This document shows, piece by piece, positions 59,585-64,000 of a stretch of DNA of 64,000 nucleotides. How positions within the stretch are numbered: position 1 is the stretch's first letter; every line of letters starts with the position of its first letter. Made by a program: the position numbers and the translations under genes. A model generated the notes under the pieces. It was not told the origin of the DNA, did not search any database, and worked only from the letters and a program-made list of their open reading frames with translations. The DNA comes from the human T2T-CHM13v2.0 reference genome, Homo sapiens: the NCBI RefSeq assembly GCF_009914755.1, contig NC_060939.1. One strand, written 5' to 3'.

Positions 59585-60892
59585 CTAAAAAAAAAAAAAA
59601 AAAAAACTGAAACCCCTGTTGCAGTGTAAATAGTATTCATTTATCCTTAGATCCTCAAATAGAAATATTGTAACCTTTTTTTCTGAGTAAAAATCCTTCC
59701 ATGATCCATTATTTAAAGAAAACCAGATAAAAATACAAAGAAAAATTAAGTTACCACTAATTCCATCATCCAGAGATGACATTCTCTGAACCATTTATTC
59801 CATGCGCCACGCTATTCCACAGCCCCAGGGGCATACTTGGTGCTCAGCATATGTTTATAAACCCACAGACCTTTTTCTATACTTACAATAATCACCATTT
59901 TATATTGCACTCTATCCGTTTATTCAACAAATATTTATTGAGCTTCTGCAAGGGTTTGGGTGGTAAACATATTAAACATTTCCGTCAAAATAGTTTTCAA
60001 GTAAGTTTGAGCAAATTCATTTGTGGACTTTTGTTAAAATGTTCATTTGTTCACAATAATATAAGTTGGATTTAAATAGCCCTTTCTAATTAATATATTT
60101 TTAGGAAATCTTCACATATTAATTTTGTTTAGAAAAACCTTTGAACTGGGCCGGGCACAGTGGCTCACTCCTATAATCCCAGCGCTTTGAGAGGCCAAGG
60201 TAGGTGGATCACTTGGGGTCAGGAGTTTCAGACCAGCCTGGCCAACATAATGAAACCCCATCTCTACTAAAAATACAAAAATTATCTGGGCTTGGTGGCA
60301 GGTGCCTGTAGTCCCAGCTACTTGGGAGGCTGAGGCAAAGAGAATCACTTGAACCCGGGAGGCGGAGGTTGCAGTGAGGCGAGACCGCACCACTGCACTC
60401 CAGCCTGGGTGAAAGAGTGAGACAACGTCTCAAAAAAAACAAAAACAAAAACAAAAACCTTTGAACTGATTGTAGTGCTCAATAAAGTCTGTCTACCTTC
60501 CTCAGACTTAAACCTACTATTGAGGTTTAAATGACTGTCTGTTACATAATAGTTTTCCTTTACCAGTAACCTTTCCTTCCGCCCTATCTGTGGGCTTCAT
60601 TCATATGCCTATGGCCACTGAACTTTCAACTTTTCCTGCTATATTCTGAAAAAGCAATACAGTTTTAGAGGGAAATAGCACCACATCATTGCTGACAGTG
60701 AGTCAATTCTGCTATGCATTTAGGCACCTGCTGCTCTGCTGTGCAACTTTAAGTTGTCTTACAGAGGACGAGGGAGCTCTAGAGGGAACCAAGCATTCTT
60801 CATTTGGCATTACATGCATTTTATCATGCATTATTCCTGTTGCTCATCCCCTCACCCAGTCTCACCCCATGCCTTTGCAGGAGCTGAGTTCT

Positions 60893-60893
<1 letters not shown>

Positions 60894-60929
<36 letters not shown>

Positions 60930-61672
60930 TTGATCATTCTTGGGTGTTTCTCGCAGAGGGGGATTTGGCAGGGTCATAGGACAATAGTGGAGGGAAGGTC
61001 AGCAGATAAACAAGTGAACAAAGGTCTCTGGTTTTCCTAGGCAGAGGACCCTGCGGCCTTCCACAGTGTTTGTGTCCCTGGGTACTTAAGATTAGGGAGT
61101 GGTGATGACTCTTAACGAGCATGCTGCCTTCAAGCATCTGTTTAAGAAAGCACATCTTGCACCGCCCTTAATCCATTTAACCCTGAGTGGACACAGCGCA
61201 TGTTTCAGAGAGCACAGGGTTGGGGGTAAGGTCACAGATCAACAGGATCCCAAGGCAGAAGAATTTTTCTTAGTACAGAACAAAATGAAAAGTCTCCCAG
61301 GTCTACTTCTTTCTACACAGACACGGCAACCATCCGATTTCTCAATGTTTTCCCCACCTCTCCCCCCTTTCTATTCCACAAAACCGCCATTGTCATCATG
61401 GCCCGTTCTCAATGAGCTGTTGGGTACACCTCCCAGATGGGGTGGTGGCCGGGCAGAGGGGCTCCTCACTTCCCAGTAGGGGCAGCCGGGCAGAGGCGCC
61501 CCTCACCTCCCGGACGGGGCAGCTGGCCGGGCGGGGGGCTGACCCCCCCACCTCCCTCCCGGATGGGGCGGCTGGCCGGGTGGGGGGCTGACCCCCCCAC
61601 CTCCCTCCCGGACGGGGCAGCTGGCCGGGCGGGGGGCTGACCCCCCCACCTCCCTCCCGGACGGGGCGGCTG
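60894..61672 (-). mobile_element. 5'-truncated SVA retrotransposon (tail + SINE-R + part of the VNTR), antisense in HYKK intron 3
   Basis: (TTTA)n tail, ttattgatcattcttgggtgtttctcgcagagg SINE-R end, 49-nt GC-rich VNTR units, exact 15-bp TSD aggagctgagttctt at 60879-60893 and 61673-61687. Confidence 0.96.
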
Positions 61673-62107
61673 AGGAGCTGAGTTCTTAGTTTTTCTATAA
61701 GTACTAAGAATGTAGAGTCTATGAAAGATAATACACAAGTGTGGTATTTTAGTCATGTAGGCATGGCCGAGGCTGTGGCTGCTCTGCTGGGGACATGGTT
61801 GGGCCATTGAAGCTTCCAGCAGTTGGTCAGGTAGGCCTGTGGGATCCAAAGTAGGCAGGAGTTCTGGGGATTGTAGGGGCCAGAACTGAGGAGTTAACAA
61901 GTGAAGGGACCAACTAGTACTGGAATTTGGTTGCCATTTGGTCCTCAGATGGGCTGGAAGTCAATCTCAGGAGATTTCATTAATTATAAGAAAGAAGAAA
62001 GTATAGGACAGGCTTATGAGTATGATTGTGGTCAAAGCTTTGTACTAGAGGACACAAGATGCATGGGAAATGGGAGCTGGGGTATGGGGTGGAGAATGAG
62101 GGAGTTA

Positions 62108-62185
62108 TTCGATTGGTGCAAAAGTAATTGCGGGTTTGCCATTACTTTTAATTGCAACACTGCAATTACTTTTGCACCAACCTAA
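62108..62185. mobile_element. MADE1 (Hsmar1 mariner MITE)
   Basis: TA-flanked ~80-nt near-palindrome ttggtgcaaaagtaattgc...gcaattacttttgcaccaa. Confidence 0.92.
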
Positions 62186-62649
62186 TAACAAGAGGAGGGC
62201 TAAGATAGGCTAATAGAGAGTACTGATTAAATTATCAAGAATTCAGGTTGGTGTAGCAAGGAGTCAAGAGGATAGAAAAGCCGGAGAAGTCAGGCAGATC
62301 AAGGACAACACTGATTTTAACAAACATGTATTGAGCACCTATATGTATGAAGTTTTCATTTCATGTCTTAGTGAGTCCACAATTGATTGTAAAGCTGGTA
62401 ATTGATAGCTTGATTTTGCTATCTAAGGAAACTAAAATCTGGGATATTAAGTGGTAGAGCCAGTTGAAACCTAGATCTGTCTGAGTGAACCCCAGGATTC
62501 TTCCCAGTACCCCATACTAGAGCTGAGAAGTTCTATGGCTGCGTGGGTCAATCGTGCCATCATTTCAGAAGCTGACTCAGAGCCTTCCCCGAGTAGACTG
62601 TCACTCCACTGGAAACCCAACTAGAATATTATATTTCACTTCCTTTCTT

Positions 62650-63580
<931 letters not shown>

Positions 63581-63773
63581 GAAAGGACTCCGAGGGAGCA
63601 GGAGTACTATCCTCAAAAATCTGGAGGACTAATCCTATTCCAGATGGGCCCAGAGGTCATAGTTGGAACCAGTGGCATGGATACTATTAGAGAGGCAGAG
63701 GCAGATTTTAACTGCACAAAAGGAAGAACACAAAGCCATCTCAATAAGGGTAAAAAGTACCTACCATGGGAAG

Positions 63774-64000
63774 TGTGTTAGTCCATTCTCAAATTGCTAT
63801 AAAGAAATACCTGAGACTGGGTAATCTATAAAGAAAATGGGTTTAATTGGCGCATGCTTCTGCAGGCTGTACAGAAAGCATAGTGGCTTCTGCTTCTGAG
63901 GAGGCCTCAGGAAGCTTCTAATCATGGCGGAAGGCAAAGTGGGAGCAGGTGTCTTAAATGGCAGGGGCAGGAGCAAGAGAGAGCAAGCCGGGGGTGCTGC
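63774..64000. mobile_element. MST (MaLR) LTR, runs off the window end
   Basis: tgtgttagtccattctc...ataaagaaatacctgagactggg...gaggcctcaggaagcttctaatcatggcggaaggcaaag. Confidence 0.88.

Noticed and set aside
61511-61670. Regularly spaced 49-nt repeats as a CRISPR-like array
   Set aside because: Contiguous VNTR units with no unique spacers, in a eukaryotic SVA context.
61099-61900. ORFs of 126, 67 and 144 aa
   Set aside because: They lie within the SVA SINE-R/VNTR; the open frames follow from GC-rich repeats.

Overview
Human (primate) genomic DNA, recognisable as the 15q25.1 locus. The + strand carries coding exons 3-22 of IREB2 (iron-responsive element-binding protein 2, IRP2; 3584-38797). 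All 20 exons were traced by hand: they have GT-AG boundaries, consistent phases and total 2786 coding nt. They are followed by a ~3.3 kb 3'UTR with proximal and distal poly(A) signals. After an Alu/LTR-rich spacer, a CpG-island promoter (~47.7-48.7 kb) precedes HYKK (AGPHD1, hydroxylysine kinase), whose non-coding exon 1 and coding exons 2-3 are in the window. Introns are packed with Alus (including a young AluYb8), a 5'-truncated antisense SVA with a 15-bp TSD, MER8, MADE1, MST and LTR10-like LTR pieces, and old L1/L2/MIR. Almost all supplied ORFs are Alu or low-complexity artefacts. I cannot support a wholly new biological system here. The best unexplained structures are: (i) a ~155-bp near-identical inverted copy of a privately mutated Alu segment bracketing IREB2 exons 14-16; (ii) several templated-insertion-like scars (direct repeat + snap-back filler + copied neighbour sequence); (iii) an imperfect IRE-like CAGUGA hairpin in IREB2's own distal 3'UTR; (iv) an apparent micro-inversion of an Alu/LTR composite just upstream of the HYKK promoter. 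From recalled reference alleles, the haplotype appears to differ from GRCh38 at several well-known SNPs.
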